From Mobula hypostoma (Eukaryota), in contig NC_086118.1 in assembly GCF_963921235.1 (NCBI RefSeq), positions 24,678,001-24,738,000 of the forward strand: a stretch of 60,000 bases of DNA. The letters are read 5' to 3'. Below are positions 36,936-50,476 of the stretch, piece after piece (positions within the stretch are counted from its first letter, which is position 1; every line of letters starts with the position of its first letter). Position numbers and translations under genes: made by a program. The notes beneath the pieces were generated by a model, which was not told where the DNA came from, ran no database searches, and saw only the letters and a list, made by a program, of their open reading frames with translations.

Positions 36936-39819
36936 CTTCTTCTATTGTGATATTTTTGTTCTTTCTGTGATTTTTTTTAACGCTGCATTATAACTGCCAT
37001 ACACGTCCAGAAGTTTGTTAATCAACTCACGTTTTCTGTAACAGTTGCGGGTTGAGTGGGTGTTGCGGAAGGGTTATTAGGAGGAGGAAAGGCTTTCTGC
37101 TATAACAAGTAGGGTTGCCTGACATACTTTAGGGGTTAAAAAATGCATGCTTCATTGGTGGAGAAACAAGATTAACATTTTAGCTCAATAATCTTTCGAA
37201 AAAAACAATTAACTGAAATAATGAGTAGGCTTGAGTTCCAATAGGGGCAGCTGGACTGCCCTTTCCTCCTCCCCAACCTCTTGATTATGGTTCAGCTTGC
37301 CTTCAGTTTCCAGGTTAAATTAGTTCACCAACACCATATCCCAGCAACAGGGTATTAGTTGGTGTAGATTATTGAGGGCAGGACTTACTACAGGTGGCGA
37401 TTTTGAGTAGGCCACAATACACCTTACAGGTCCAAAGAGCAACATTGGCTCAGTGAGTCCAACTAGCCCGAGAATGAAACAATATTAAATCAGTGGAAGT
37501 GGAAAAATTAGCACAGTGTAGGGTCTGGCAGTTTCTTCTTCCAGATAGGTGATGATTCTTTGAAAACAGTACATTCCTTCGAAGGTAAACTTTGTGGAAA
37601 CCAAGTCATTAGGGTTCTTGAATAGTAAAGGTGTCAAAGGTTATGGGGAGAATGGGGTAGAGAGGGATAAAGGTCAGCTATGATGAAGCAGATGACAATA
37701 GGCCAAATATCATAATTCTGCTCCTCCTACAGTATGTCGAGTGGTCTTATGGTCATTTTGAAGAAATATATAAAACTGAAGTGTTCATTTTATGGCTGGC
37801 TGATTGTAGGCACCCCTCAGCCCTTAAGTCAGGAAGTTGGACTAATTTCCTCCCTGTCTACCCTCAATAACCAGTTCCCTTTGTCATACCAACTTCATCG
37901 AAGAACTTTTGAAGTTCCCCTGCAATGGAGACATCTGGAGGGAGGTACAGCGATGTTCATTCAAAGAATCTTACGGCCTGTGTCATTTTTTCGAAATTGC
38001 AGTTGGTGCCAATATAACGTGTCACCTGGGCACCATATCTCTCAGTATGAGCCCAGCCTGATCTCTGGTGTTCTGGTCTGCAGGTCTGGCAGGAGGCAGT
38101 TCCAGGAAGGAGGAACTGTTGGGACAGAGACATGGGGATGCTACCTCCAATCTACACAATGCTCCAAGTCAACATAACTCTTTGATGATCTCACTACCTG
38201 TCCTTACAATTACCATGGTTTAAGGGACTATTCAGAAAGAGTTGGTGGGGGGACAGAGTGGGGGGTGGGAATGGTTGATGTCCTTCCCATCTGGTCTCAC
38301 AGCTCTACACTAGTTATACCTAATATAGAATCAACAGACCCATTCACTTGATCCGATATTTAAGAAGTAAAATTGGTTAAGTTTTATTTACTTACTTTTT
38401 TCCTTATTTCAGTCTAATTTACAACGTCCAACATACTTCAGCTAAACTTCTTAAATTTTATTTTGAGTATTTTGTAATTTGAATTTTTGTTATTTAAATC
38501 TATTTAAACATTTTTTAGTCCCTGAATATCAGAGACAATTAAGAAGTGTGAAAATGCCTTTTAGCACAGTGACCTAACACTATCAGGCAGTGCCTGGAGG
38601 GCAGAACCTCAGATCTGGTCACTGGAATTCCGACTGTCCCTCACAGCCCCCTCCTCCATGGAAAGACCATTGGTGTAGATGCCTCCGGTACCAGAGATCC
38701 CATGAGGCTTGGGTGGTTGAGATAGCTGAAGGGAGTTACAGGGTGTGATCAGTGGACATGGTCTGGATCAAGTGGGTCCCAGAGGTTAACTTGGTTTCTC
38801 TTTCTGCCTGACTTGCTGTGTACTTCCAACATTTCCCAATGATCAAAATCTAAGTGGAGAAGAAGAGGAAAAAGTTGATTTCATATTTAACACCTGAATT
38901 GATCTGTTTGCGGGCTGTAGGGATCTAATAGGATATATATGGTGTAATCCCTAACTGAATGGTGACCAGCATTAAAGCTTTCTTAAGGGTTTCCTCAGAG
39001 TTGGAAGTGAAATCTGATAATGTTGTTGGTGTTGTAACCCTTTTGACTTATTGCAGTATGCAGACATTTGATATCCGCGGCTTAAATTTGGTCAGACACT
39101 CATTAACATTTGCTTAATCACATATCTTATTTCACTCATTGTAATCACAGGGCAAATATATATTTTTAAATTTTATTTCAGTCAGGATTTATTTCCAGGT
39201 ACATGTTTGAAAGTAAAGATCTCGATTAACAATTACATAGCATTTTCGGTCTGTATCTGACTTATTCTGTATTTGTAAGGTAACTGAAGGTTCTCATTTG
39301 TAAGGTAACTGAAGGTCACTTGTTGGATTGATTAGTTACCATCTTATTCTACATCTATTTCAAATGTTTGATTCAATGTACCTGAGATAACTTGTGATTT
39401 TTGGACAAACAAAGTAATTCTCTGTCCTGAGCATTTGTGGGATGAACCATCAGATTTAACATTCATACTAGCTCTTGAACGACAGACTCAGGTGAGGAGA
39501 TCCAATAAGGCTCACATGATGAAGCATTCATGAATGAAATTCATAAGTACTTTCCCTGAAGACATTAATCTTCAAGTTGCAGAGAAAGATGCCTAAATCC
39601 CTAACAATACATCTGAAGCAGCATAGAAGACCTATCACCCCTGACTCCACCAATACTGATCTCTGAATTCACCCTGGATCCAATGAGGTGCAGACCTTGG
39701 CCCTTTGACCCCCACTCTCCTCAACCATTTCTTGTCTCCAGGACAACCACAGATGGGCAATGACATGCAATGACAATCATAGAATCCAGCAATCATTTTT
39801 GCTAATAGAGAATATAACT

Positions 39820-40602
39820 GAATTTATTATGTTTATTTCTTACATCCTTCACATACATGAGTAAAAATTCAGTCTCCGTCTGAATTTGCAATGTGTCACT
39901 TACAATAGGTAGTATGTACAGTAAGATATACAACAGAACAGTCAATATAGAAATACAATTATATCAGCGTAAATTAATCAGCTTGTTGGCCTGATGGAAG
40001 AGGCTGTCCCAATGCCTGTTGGTCCTGGGTTTAATGCTGTGGTACTGTTTCCCGGATGGTGGCAGCTGGAACAGTTTGTGGTTGAGGTGACTCGGGTCCC
40101 CAGTGATGTTTCGGGCCCTTTTTAGGCACTTGTCACTGTAAATGTTCTGATTAGTGGGAAGTTCACATGCACAGATGCACTGGACTGTCCACACCACTCT
40201 CTGCAGAGTCCTGCGATTGAGGGAAGTACAGTTCCCATACCAGGCAGTGATACAGCCAGTCAGGATGCTCTCAATTGTGCACCTGTAGAAAATTCTTAGG
40301 ATTTGGGGGCTCATGCCAAACTTTTCCAAGCATCTGAGGTGAAAGAGGTATTTTTGTGCTGTTTTCACCATACAGCCGGTAAGTACAGACCAAGTAAGGT
40401 TCTCGGTGATGTGTATACCAAGGAACTTAAAGCTGTTCACCCTCTCAAACCCAGGTCCATTGATGTCAATAGGGGTTAGCCTGTCTCCATTCCTTCTGTA
40501 GTCCACAAACCAGCTCCTTTCTTTTCGTGATATTGAGGGAGAAGTTGTTTTCTTGACACCACTGTGTCAGGGTGAGGACTTCTTCTCTGTCAGCTGCCTC
40601 AA
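39820..40602 (-). mobile_element. Rex1/Babar-type LINE 3' fragment, same family as 25150-26633
   Basis: ORF 39964-40506(-) DYRRNGDRLTPIDING...FKFLGIHITENLTWS...ESILTGCITAWYGNC. Confidence 0.92.
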
Positions 40603-40714
40603 GGAATAAGTGCAGCAGATGCTGTAAGTACTTAGCAGGCCAGGCAATGTGGGTGGAGAGGTTTGGCTAGGAATTTAATTAACATGATGTTATTTTATCA
40701 CCAGGAGCAAAATA

Positions 40715-40812
40715 ACAACACACATAAAATACTGGAGGAGCTCAGCAAGTCAGGCAGCATCTATGGACAGGTATAAACAGTCGATGTTTCAGGCCAAGAC
40801 CCTTCATCAGAC
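40715..40812 (-). repeat. Penelope terminal repeat with an intact hammerhead-like core
   Basis: Minus strand reads GTCTGATGAAGGGTCTTGGCCTGAAACATCGACTG...GATGCTGCCTGACTTGCTGAG. Confidence 0.8.
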
Positions 40813-41459
40813 TTCAAAATACACAATAACACAATGACAATCATTTCTCAATCATCCTTTATCACTTTAGACTTTTAATTGGGGATGCTTGGATGTGAGT
40901 CACCCTTCTTACCTGTTGTAATTAGTTGATTGGAGCTAAATGAAATGAGGTTACTTCTTGTCCAGAAGTTCTTAAGGAGAACTGCAGCAGAACATATGTT
41001 CTATTCTCTGAGATAAACCCCAAGCCAACCTTTAATCATTCTGCTTTCCAATCCCATCCCATGGCCCCAAACCTTTCATCAACCTCCGGTATTGTACCTG
41101 AGCCTCTGGCCTCTGAGTCCTCCACAATTACTTGCCTCCCTGCCTGCAGTAATCCTAGACCAGCCACTGGCCGGACACAGGACACACCTCACCAATACTC
41201 CTTTCTTCCTTCTCCCACCTGCCTCACTGACCAAAGACCCATGTCTGATTCCTCTCCCTACGTTTAACCACTCAACATCCCAGCCTGATCTCTAATATTG
41301 CCTCACACCAGCTCCAGGTGTGGGCTTGGTTCCTTTCTCCCCTATTACCATCCCCAGCCACAACACAAAGTCCAATAGACCCCGTTGAGCCTCTGCGGAC
41401 AGCCACACAAAGCCCATATAACATCTGCTGATGTTTTTCAGGATTGAAAACCCTTGGGA

Positions 41460-41760
41460 TTGACTCAGGCATCTATATCACAGGCATTACCCTCCACACC
41501 ATTGAGGACATCTTCAAAATACGATACCTCAAGAAGGCAGCATCCAATATTAACCCACCTAGGACCCGCACTCTTGTGATTACTACCATCAGGGAAGAGA
41601 TACAGGAGCCTGAAGATGCACACTCAATGTTTTAGGAACAACTTGTTCCCCTCCACCATCAGATTTCTGAATTGTCCATGAACCCATGTACACTGCCTCA
41701 CTTTTGCACTCTTTATTTATTTTATATAATTTTATTGTAGCTTATAGTAACTTCTATGTA
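41460..41760 (+). mobile_element. Rex-type LINE 3' fragment
   Basis: ITGITLHTIEDIFKIRYLKKAASNI, followed by ACTACCATCAGGGAAGAGATACAGGAGCCTGAAGA. Confidence 0.75.
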
Positions 41761-41773
41761 TGGCACCATTAAA

Positions 41774-42076
41774 GGCATCCGCTAGTCTTGTGGGACCATG
41801 GATCTGCACCTGGAAAGTCTTCACTCTCCAGGGCGCAGGCCTGGGCAAGGTTATATGGAAGACCAGCAGTTGCCCCTGCTGCAAATCTCCCTTCTCCATG
41901 ACACCGATGTTGTCCAAGGGAAAGACAAGGGCCGATACAGCACCAGTGTCGTCACACAGCACTGTGTGGTTAAGTGCTTTGCTCAAGGACACAACACGCT
42001 GCCTCGGCTGGGGCTCGAACTCACAACCTTCGGGTCACTAGTCGAATGCCTTAACCACTTGGCCACATGCCCACCA
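41774..42076 (-). mobile_element. tRNA-derived SINE with an RTE-like tail
   Basis: Minus-strand head with A box TGGCCAAGTGG and B box GTTCGAGCC. Flanking duplication TATGGCACCATTAAA / TATGCCACCATTAAA. Confidence 0.85.
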
Positions 42077-42212
42077 TATGCCACCATTAAAAAATCACAA
42101 CATACTGATAAATTGTCAGTGATTCTGATTTTTACTCAGAGCCACTTTCAAGCACTGAGCCCAAGACTTTCGATTCCCTGGATGTCTAAACATCTATCAA
42201 AACCTGTTCTAA

Positions 42213-42552
42213 ATAAACACACACAAAATGCTGGAGGAACTCTGCAGGTCAGGCAGCATCTGTGGAAACAAATAAACAGTCAACCCTTCTTCAGGTCTGA
42301 GAAGGAAGGGGGAAGATGCCAGAACAAAAAGGTGGAGGGAGAGAAAGATGCTCGCTGGAAGGTGATAGGTGAAACCAGGTGGATGGGAAAGGTCAAAGGT
42401 TGGAAAAAGAAAGGAGAGGGGAAAGGGAAGGAGGAGGGGACCCAGGAGGAAGTAATAGGCAGGAGAGAAGAAATAAAAGGTCAGAGTGAAGAATAAAGGA
42501 AGTTTGGGGAAGGAATTTGTTTACCAGAAGGAGAAATCAATACTCATGCCAA
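42213..42552 (-). mobile_element. Penelope-like element 3' end
   Basis: Reverse-complement similarity to 17965-18362, including the terminal repeat and the pyrimidine-rich spacer. Confidence 0.82.
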
Positions 42553-43574
42553 AATACACAGTCCTAAGTACACTGTTTTAACACCAGTAGCTGGTTCTAC
42601 CTCCATAGTCTGACGTAGTTCAGCATTTCTGCTTTGTACATGAGAATTCCCACCACTGCAATGTTTTGCCTTTGAAATTAGTGATGCTGGAAAGTGGGTC
42701 CCATTTGAGTAAAGATAAGAAGAGATTTATTAAAGGTGTACAAAATTATAGTGTTGTGATACATGAAATAAAGGAAAGCTTTGTTCTTGTCAGCAGTGTG
42801 GTAAATAGACAAAAGATGAGGCGTGGAAGACTGAGAATTACTTTGTTTGCATAGATGTTGTCTAGAATGCACTGCCGGAGGGGAAGGTGGATTCAACAGC
42901 AATTTTTACACGTAATAATACTAAAGAAAATAATTTGAAGGATGAAATGAAAGAGGGGGAAAATGGGACTGATGTGTTCATTGGAGTTAAAGGAGTTAAA
43001 GATCACTTTTAAAATAGGCACCAGTACTTAAATCCTCATTCTAAAAATACAGTGACTTTGTTGCAATGTTTATTCTTTAAATCACTTTTCATAACAGGAC
43101 ATGGGCATCCAAAGTAAATCTATGTACGTAATTATAGAAAGTTGAACCAAAGGACATGACAGATAAGTTTATAACATGGGTTAACTTTGAACTTCCCAGA
43201 AAAAGTTTCCTGTACATGAGGTTGATTGGTCCTTCATTTATAGACAAAATGGGAACATTATAACGCAAATATCAGCAGAAGAGCAATGTCAATACATTCT
43301 TCACGTTGCTGATGTGGTTTTGAATTTACCCCATGTGTAACACAATAGAAATATTCCCACAATGTCTTACAATTCTGCATGTCCTGAACTTTATTGGATG
43401 GATGTGGACACTGGAAATAATGCAGGATCCACAGATGATCTGCTGCAAACAGGTCACCTTTGAATCTGCTGTAGATCTTTGCAGATGATGAAGGAAATCC
43501 ATTCTCTCTGGCAAAATGAAACTTGCAAGTCTGTCTGATACACGTAGTTCTGGAGGAGATTTTACTTTAAGAGC

Positions 43575-44116
43575 GTAAGAGCATAAAACATAAGAGCAGA
43601 ATTAGGCCATCTGGCCCATCGAGTCTGCTCAGCCATCTGATCATGGCTGATCCTTTTTTCCCCTTTTCAGCCCCACTCCCCAGCCTTCTTTGATGCCGTG
43701 TCCAATCAAGAACCTATCAATCTCTGCCTTAAATACTCCCAGCAACCTGGCCTCCACAGCTGCTAGTGGTAACAAGTTCCACAAATTCAACACCCTTCGG
43801 CTAAAGAAATTTCTCCACATCTGTTTTGAACGGATACCCCTCTATCCTGAGCCTCTTGTCCTAGACTCCCCCACCATGCGAAACATTCTTTCCACATCTA
43901 TTCTGTCCAGGCCTTTCAACATTCGAAAAATTTCAATAAGTTTCCCCTCTCATCCTTCTAAATTTCACTGAGTACAGACCCAGAGCCATCAAACTTTCCT
44001 CACCCTTTCATTCTTGGAATCATCTTTGTGAACTCCTGTGAACACTCTCCAATGTCAGCACATCTTCTCTTAGATGAGGAGCCCAGAACTGTTGACAATA
44101 CTCAAGGTGAGGCCTT
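43575..44116 (-). mobile_element. Degenerate CR1 3' fragment
   Basis: GAATTAGGCCATCTGGCCCATCGAGTCTGCTC tail and AAGGCCTCACCTTGAGTATTG (RPHLEY) on the minus strand. Confidence 0.85.
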
Positions 44117-44449
44117 GAGGCAGCTTTAACCCAAGCAGCTTTTTGTATTTTTTGTAGGTAATACTCTACCCAGAGAAGAAGTGCACAAAATTGTCCCGTG
44201 GTTTGATTATCTCAGTTTGATATTAGGTGGAGCTCCTACTGGGTGAAAAGAAATTGAAGTTATTGTTATCCAGACTTAGAAGTTCAAGCACCTGGTGCTT
44301 TTCCTTTCAATGTTACAAACCTGGAAACCTATTTTTGTCTGGATTGCAATGCAGTTCAATTAACTCCCAAGCTCAGTCCCAGCACTATGAAAATATGAAG
44401 GGGCAGTTCATTTGAAGAGTCGCTTTTGAGCATCTGACACTTCTGTATA

Positions 44450-46540
44450 TCTGACAAAGGCCAATTTTGATGCTATCAGAAATGATCTTGCAAGTGTGGA
44501 TTGGAACAGGCTGTTATCAAGCAAACGTGTGCTTGGCAAGTGGGAGGCCTTCAAAGTGCAATTTTGAGAGTACAAAGCTTGTATGTGCCTGTCAGAGTAA
44601 AAGGTAAATAGTTTGCAACAGATATTGAGGCCTTAGTTAAGAAAAAAGGAGGTGTGTATCAGATATAGGCAAATGAGGTGCTTATGGAGTATAAGAAATG
44701 CAAGAGAACACAAAGAAATCAGGAGGGTTAAAAGAAGGCATGAAGTTGCTCTAGCAGACAAGGTGAAGGAGAATCCTAAGGGATTCCATAGATATGTGAA
44801 GAGCAAAAGGATTGCAAGGGGCAAAATTAGTCCTCTGAAAGACCAGAATGGTAATCTATGTGTGGAGCCAAAGCAGATGGGGAAGATCTTAAACAAATTC
44901 TTTACATCTGTATTTACTCAGGAGATGGACACAGAGTCTATAGAACTGAAGCAAAGTGGCATCAACTTCATGGACCCTATACAGATTACAGGTGTTTGCT
45001 ACCCTGAGTCAAATCAGGGTGGATAAATCTCCAGGCCCTAACAAGGTGTTCCCTTGTACCCTATGGGAGGCAGGGCCAGGGCCCTAGCAGGGATATGTAA
45101 ATCATCCTTAGCGACAGGAGAAGTACCTGTGGCTAGAAGGATAGCTGTTTAAGAAAGGTTCTAGCTTAAAACAAGAAATTATAGACCAATGAGTCTGACA
45201 TCATCAGTGGGAAAGTTATTGGAAGGTGTTCTAAGGGACCAGGTATCTACATAAATATTTGGATAGAAACAGGCTGATTAAGCATGGCTTGTGCCTGGTA
45301 GGTCATGTCAAACCAATCTTATAAGGTCTTTTGAGGAAGTTACCAGGAAAGTGGATGAAGGCAAGGCAGTGCATGTTTTCTACATGGACTTTAGGAAGGC
45401 CTATGACAAGGTCTCGCAAGGGAGCTTGGTTCAGAAGGTTCACTTGCTCAGCACCCAAGGTGAGGTAGTAAAATGGATTAGATATTGGCTTTGTGGGAGG
45501 AGCCAGAGAGTGGTAGTAGATAGTTGCCTCTCTGACTGGAGGCCTGTGACTAGTGGAGTGCCACAGGGATTCAGAGCTGGCTCCATTGGTGTTTGTCATC
45601 TACATCAACGATCTGCATGATAATGTGACTAACTGTATCAATAAATTTGGGACGACACCAAGATTGGGGGTGCAGTGGACAGCAAGGAAGGCTATCATGG
45701 CTTGCAGCGGGATCTAGACCAACTGACAAAACGATCTGAAAAAAGGCAGGTAAAACGTAATACAGACAAGTGCAAGATTTTGGACTTCGTAGGACCAACC
45801 AGGGTAGGTCTTACACAGTGAACAGTAGAGCACAGAGGAGCCCTGTAGAACAAAGGGATCTGGGAAGGTAAGTCCATAAGTCATTGAAAGTGATGCCACA
45901 GGTAGATAGGGTTGTAAAGAAAGCTTTTGGCACATTGGCCTCATAGATCTAAGAATTGAGTACAGGACATGGGATGTTATGTCGAAGCTGTGTAAGACAT
46001 TGGTGAGGCCTACTTTGGAGTATTGTGCGCAGTTTTGGTCACATACCTACAGAAAAGATGTAAATAAGTTCGAAAGAGTACAGAGAAAATTTGCAAGGAT
46101 GTTGCCAGGTCTGGAGGACCTGAGTTATAAGGAAAGACTGAACAGGTTAGGACTTCATTCCTTAGAATGTAGAAGATTGAGAGGAGGTTTGATGGAGGTA
46201 TGCAAAATTATGAGGGGTATAGATAGGGTAAATGCAAGCAGTCTTTTTCCACTATGGTTGAGTGGGATTACAACCAGAGGTCATGGATTAAGGGTGAAAG
46301 GTGAAAAGTTTAAGGGGAAGATCTTCACACAGAGGGCCATGAGAGTGCGGAATGAGCTGCCAGCAAAAGTGATGCAAGCGAGCTTTTATGTGAAGTTTGG
46401 ATAGGTACATAGTTGTTAATGGTATGGAGGGCTATGGTCCCAGTGCAGTTGATGGGAGCAGGCAGTTTAAATGGTTTAAGCATGGACTAGATGGGCTGAA
46501 GGGCCTGTGGCTGCGCTGGACTTTTCTATGACTCTATGAT
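44450..46540 (+). mobile_element. Degenerate CR1 LINE (ORF2 linker, RT and 3' UTR)
   Basis: KVKENPKGFHRYVKSKR, GRSCQTNLI, YMDFRKAYDKV, SGVPQG, LVRPTLEYCAQFW. Tail TTTTCTATGACTCTATGA. Confidence 0.92.
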
Positions 46541-48245
46541 ACTGTTAGTCCACTCAGGTGACCCCCGTAGCTTTGTTCTCCTCCTTCAGCTTCACCTGTC
46601 CAACATACCACTAACACTCTTTGGTCTCACTCTCCAAACTCTACAGACAAGGCCCATTTGTCCATGTAGTAGAATATCAGGACAATGATATCAGATGTGT
46701 TTTATGTACCTAATGCTATCTCTCTTAAGTATCCAGAGCAACATCTGTGATATATCATACATATGTGTTGAGGACCACCATTGAGTTCTTGAAATGCATG
46801 GTGACGTAAATACTCTCACAAATTGGTTTTGGAATTCTGGAATAAGATAGCATTCCATTTTCTAGCTGTGTAATTGAATCAGTAGCCCAGTGACTTCTTG
46901 CTGGAGAATGGCTGGTGAAGTAAAAATTCAATGAATGATGGCCGATTCGTTGATCATGATTTTCATTGGAGCAGAGTTGAGTTCTATACCCAGTCTACTT
47001 CCAAATACCAGCACCTTTGCACTTGAATCTTCAACCAGTCCTTTTGCTTCCCAGCTCAAAAACTTAAGCATGGGTAATACAATTTTTGCTTAATTGAGCA
47101 AATTTAGTATGCCTGAAAGACAAAGAAGATGGAAAGTCAGTGATAACTTGATAGGTGCATTGAAAAGGCAGCTACCAGTTTCAGTCATTTGACAAACTAG
47201 ATATGGAAGAACAGAAACAAGATGCTGATCTATAAGATGTGAATGCCAGGTGCATTGTTGAATAGATATATAAAGCTGCCAAAAAAGCACAGCCAATCCT
47301 TCCTTCAATGTCTGCAGTGCATCCTGAACATTTAATACAAGGAATGCGTTCCCAACCCAACTGTTTCTTTTGATAACTAAACCATACATCTCTGCACTTA
47401 TCAAGGCTGGAAGACTTCCTTTCCCTGTCATATCTTCAAGGTCTGAAAGAATGGGGTGGTGTCCCAAGGCAAAAGATCGTGTGTGGCACCCAAAGCTCTG
47501 GTTTAAGGATGTTGGCGAAGGGAAAATTTCAACAAGTAGGAAAACTGTAGCAAGTCATGACATGGGCTGTAGGTAGGTGAGTGTTACCACGGCAACCAGC
47601 CATTTCAACAACCCAATTATGAATGCTGGTACAAGGCTGCAGAAACTATAGGTCATCCATTGTCATCAGCCCCTGACACAGCAGTTGTTGCAGTCTCTGT
47701 CTATCCCTATCTCATGTTCTCATCATTTATTGTTATTTATTTATATTTGCATTTGCACAGTTTGTTGTCTTCTGTACTCTGGTTGATCTTTTATTGATCC
47801 TGTTATAGTTACTATTCTATAGATTTGCTGAGTATGCCCGCAGGAAAATGAATCTCAGGGTTGTATATGGTGACAAATACATACAGTACCTTGATAGTAA
47901 AATTTACTTTGACCTTTGAAATCATTTCACTATGTTGATTAAGAGGACAAGGGCATGCAATATTGGGTATTTTCCAACAGTTTTGTTTCCTTCCCAAGCT
48001 AAGGGAGAGATGGAAGATATAAGACTTCATCGAACACTGTTCTGTTTTTGTAAATTAAATCTACTGTCATTACTTAGTGGTTTTATATGTTAAAATCCTA
48101 GGAGAGGTATTTTGATGCTTGCCTGATGTAATTCATTTCCTCATTAAATATTGTTTTTTTAACAAAAGTATGGAAAACAAGAAATAATAATGCACAAATA
48201 GTTAAGGTTCAGGAATTAGTTTAGAACGCAAAGGTTTAAATACTG

Positions 48246-48406
48246 CCATCCATGAACAAATCTGCAGATGCTGGAATTTCAAGCAACACACACAAAAGTT
48301 GCTGGTGAATGCAGCAGGCCAGGACGAAGGGTCTCGGCCCGAAACGTCGATTGTACATCTTCCTAGAGATGCTGCCTGGCCTGCTGCGTTCACCAGCAAC
48401 TTTTGT
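48246..48406. mobile_element. Second palindromic Penelope-derived mini-element (different subfamily)
   Basis: Arms ACACAAAAGTTGCTGGTGAATGCAGCAGGCCAGG / CCTGGCCTGCTGCGTTCACCAGCAACTTTTGTGT. 12-bp TSD GTTTAAATACTG at 48234-48245 and 48407-48418. Confidence 0.85.
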
Positions 48407-48869
48407 GTTTAAATACTGTACTGTGATTGTATTGAAAGTAAAGGCTTGCTTTCTATGCAGAGCTATTTACAACATGCAAGGAATTTCATATTTTCTTGCT
48501 ACATAGTGAGGCCATTTTGGTCTATCAAGTCTAAAATGATCCCATGCCTGTTATTTTTTCCTGTAACCTTTTCACATATTATCATGTTACTTTCACATTA
48601 AAAGAGCTGCTTTATATTTTGTGTGGGTGTAAAAGAGAACTGACAGATTTTGTTTGGCTATCAGCCGAAGGTTAAATTTAATGATCGTTTAAAATGTATG
48701 AAGGAGGATTGCATTTCCATGAGAGTGAAATGAACTAGAGACACAAACCTGGTGAGTTATTCCTGGAAGAACTATTCCAGTAGAATGGAACTCAAGGTGG
48801 TCACCAGGTTTGCTGCTTTCAGTAGCATCAGCTGGACATCTCTTAAAGACCATTTATAGCACTGACATA

Positions 48870-48952
48870 CAGTATTGTGCAGAGTCTTAGGCACACAAAC
48901 ACATACATAATATATACGTAGCTAGGGTGCCCAAGACTTTTGCATAGTACTG
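48870..48952. mobile_element. Tc1/mariner-type MITE; a second, more decayed copy lies at ~49304-49371
   Basis: TIRs CAGTATTGTGCAGAGTCTTAGGCAC / GTGCCCAAGACTTTTGCATAGTACTG, flanked by TA on both sides. Confidence 0.8.
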
Positions 48953-49371
48953 TAGTAAATTTATGTATTACTCTGCACTGCTGCCACAAAAATAAACAAA
49001 TTTCGTGACATATATGAATGATGATAAACTTGATTCTGATATGGTTCCCTATTGTGGACTGAGAGCAGAAAGGGGAGAAGGGAGTGGGGAGGGAGTGGGG
49101 TGCTCCAGAGAGATATTCTGTAATGACCAAAGAACCAGTTGTTTGGAACCAAATGACCTTTTATGGTGTCTCAGGGTGAGGTGCATCTGCCCCTGGCACT
49201 CCTTCTCTGCCACCCGTCCCACACCGCTCCCACGGCGCTCCACCCTCAGCATTCCCGACATCCTTTGTTCCTCCCGCATTTACAAAGTTTATGTTGACAA
49301 GTACAACACGGTGCAAAAGTCTTAGGGCATCCTAGCTCTATATATGTGCCTAAGACTATTGCACAGAACTA

Positions 49372-49735
49372 TTTGTTGTTTTGTGGCAGCAATACAGTGT
49401 AATAGATAACAAAATACTATAAGTTACAATAAAAGTAAATTAATAAATAGTATAAAAGCGGAATAGTGAGGTAGTGTTCATGGGCCATTCAAAATCTGAT
49501 GGCAGAGGGGAAGAAGCCGTTCCTAAAATGTAGAGTGTGGGTCTTCAGGTTCCGGTACCTCCTTCCTGATGATAGTAATGTTCCGGATGATCAGAATCCT
49601 AAGTGATGGATGCCGTCTTCTTGAGGCATCAGCTTTTGAAGATATCCTTGATAGTGGGAAGGGTTGTGCCTGTGAGGGAGCTGGCCAGTTCTACAACCCT
49701 CTGCAGCCTCTTTCAGTCCTGTACATTGGAGCAGC
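49372..49735 (-). mobile_element. Rex-type LINE 3' fragment
   Basis: Colinear with 35153-35490 and 10630-10900 (TAGTGAGGTAGTGTTCATGGG...GATGGCAGAGGGGAAGAAGCC). Confidence 0.78.
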
Positions 49736-50476
49736 TCTCGGGAGAATCGTCAAATATTCCCTTTCAGAACTGCTACAGCTGAGACCCCTAACCACAGCAG
49801 ACCACTTAGAAAATTTCCTATATATCTAACAAGTAGATCAAAATTTATCATTTTTACTAAAATAATAAAAATTGTTTCAATTAAATAATTTTCGGATTTT
49901 CAGGAATGATTTTGCTGGAAATTCTCCTTGCAGTGTAACATTTTTAACAATGAAATTTTCTTGAACTACACATCACTGCTTTGTGTACCATCCTGATTTT
50001 CATTCTGCACTTGCTGTCAGCATGACACACACATGCAGAAAGGCATTTATCCTTTCAAAGCCCCATGCACAAACTCTCATACTGCATCTTCTGCAATGGG
50101 GGAATGTTAACTCCCAAATAATCAACACTTGTTAATTCAACAGTGGATATTCCTTAACACTGACATTCACGATTGATTTTTATATTGAAGTATATGGGTT
50201 ATTACATACATAGGTTATGACCAAAGGAAAAACATGGCTGGAGGTGCTTAGCACTTTGGTGCAAGGGTATCAAAAATCAAACTTACAAAAATTAGCAAAA
50301 TTAGTGAAAAGAAAACTGCAATTATTTACAAAAATATCTATCAGAAAGCACAATAATAGTTCCATACTTTGTTCTGTGTGACCACCTGATGACCTGATCT
50401 CTCTCTCTCCTATAAGACCGAAGCCCCCGTTTTATTAGGCATGAGGACATATCATCCTTAATTACCCGCAAAGTTA

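Noticed and set aside
39271..39316. Direct repeat ATTTGTAAGGTAACTGAAGGT x2
   Set aside because: A simple 25-nt-period local duplication with only two units and no sign of function.
41995..42070. tRNA gene
   Set aside because: It has A and B boxes but continues into a SINE body and tail with flanking duplications, so it is a SINE head.
41798..42496. 232-aa ORF
   Set aside because: Chance read-through across a SINE, a LINE tail and an antisense Penelope fragment.
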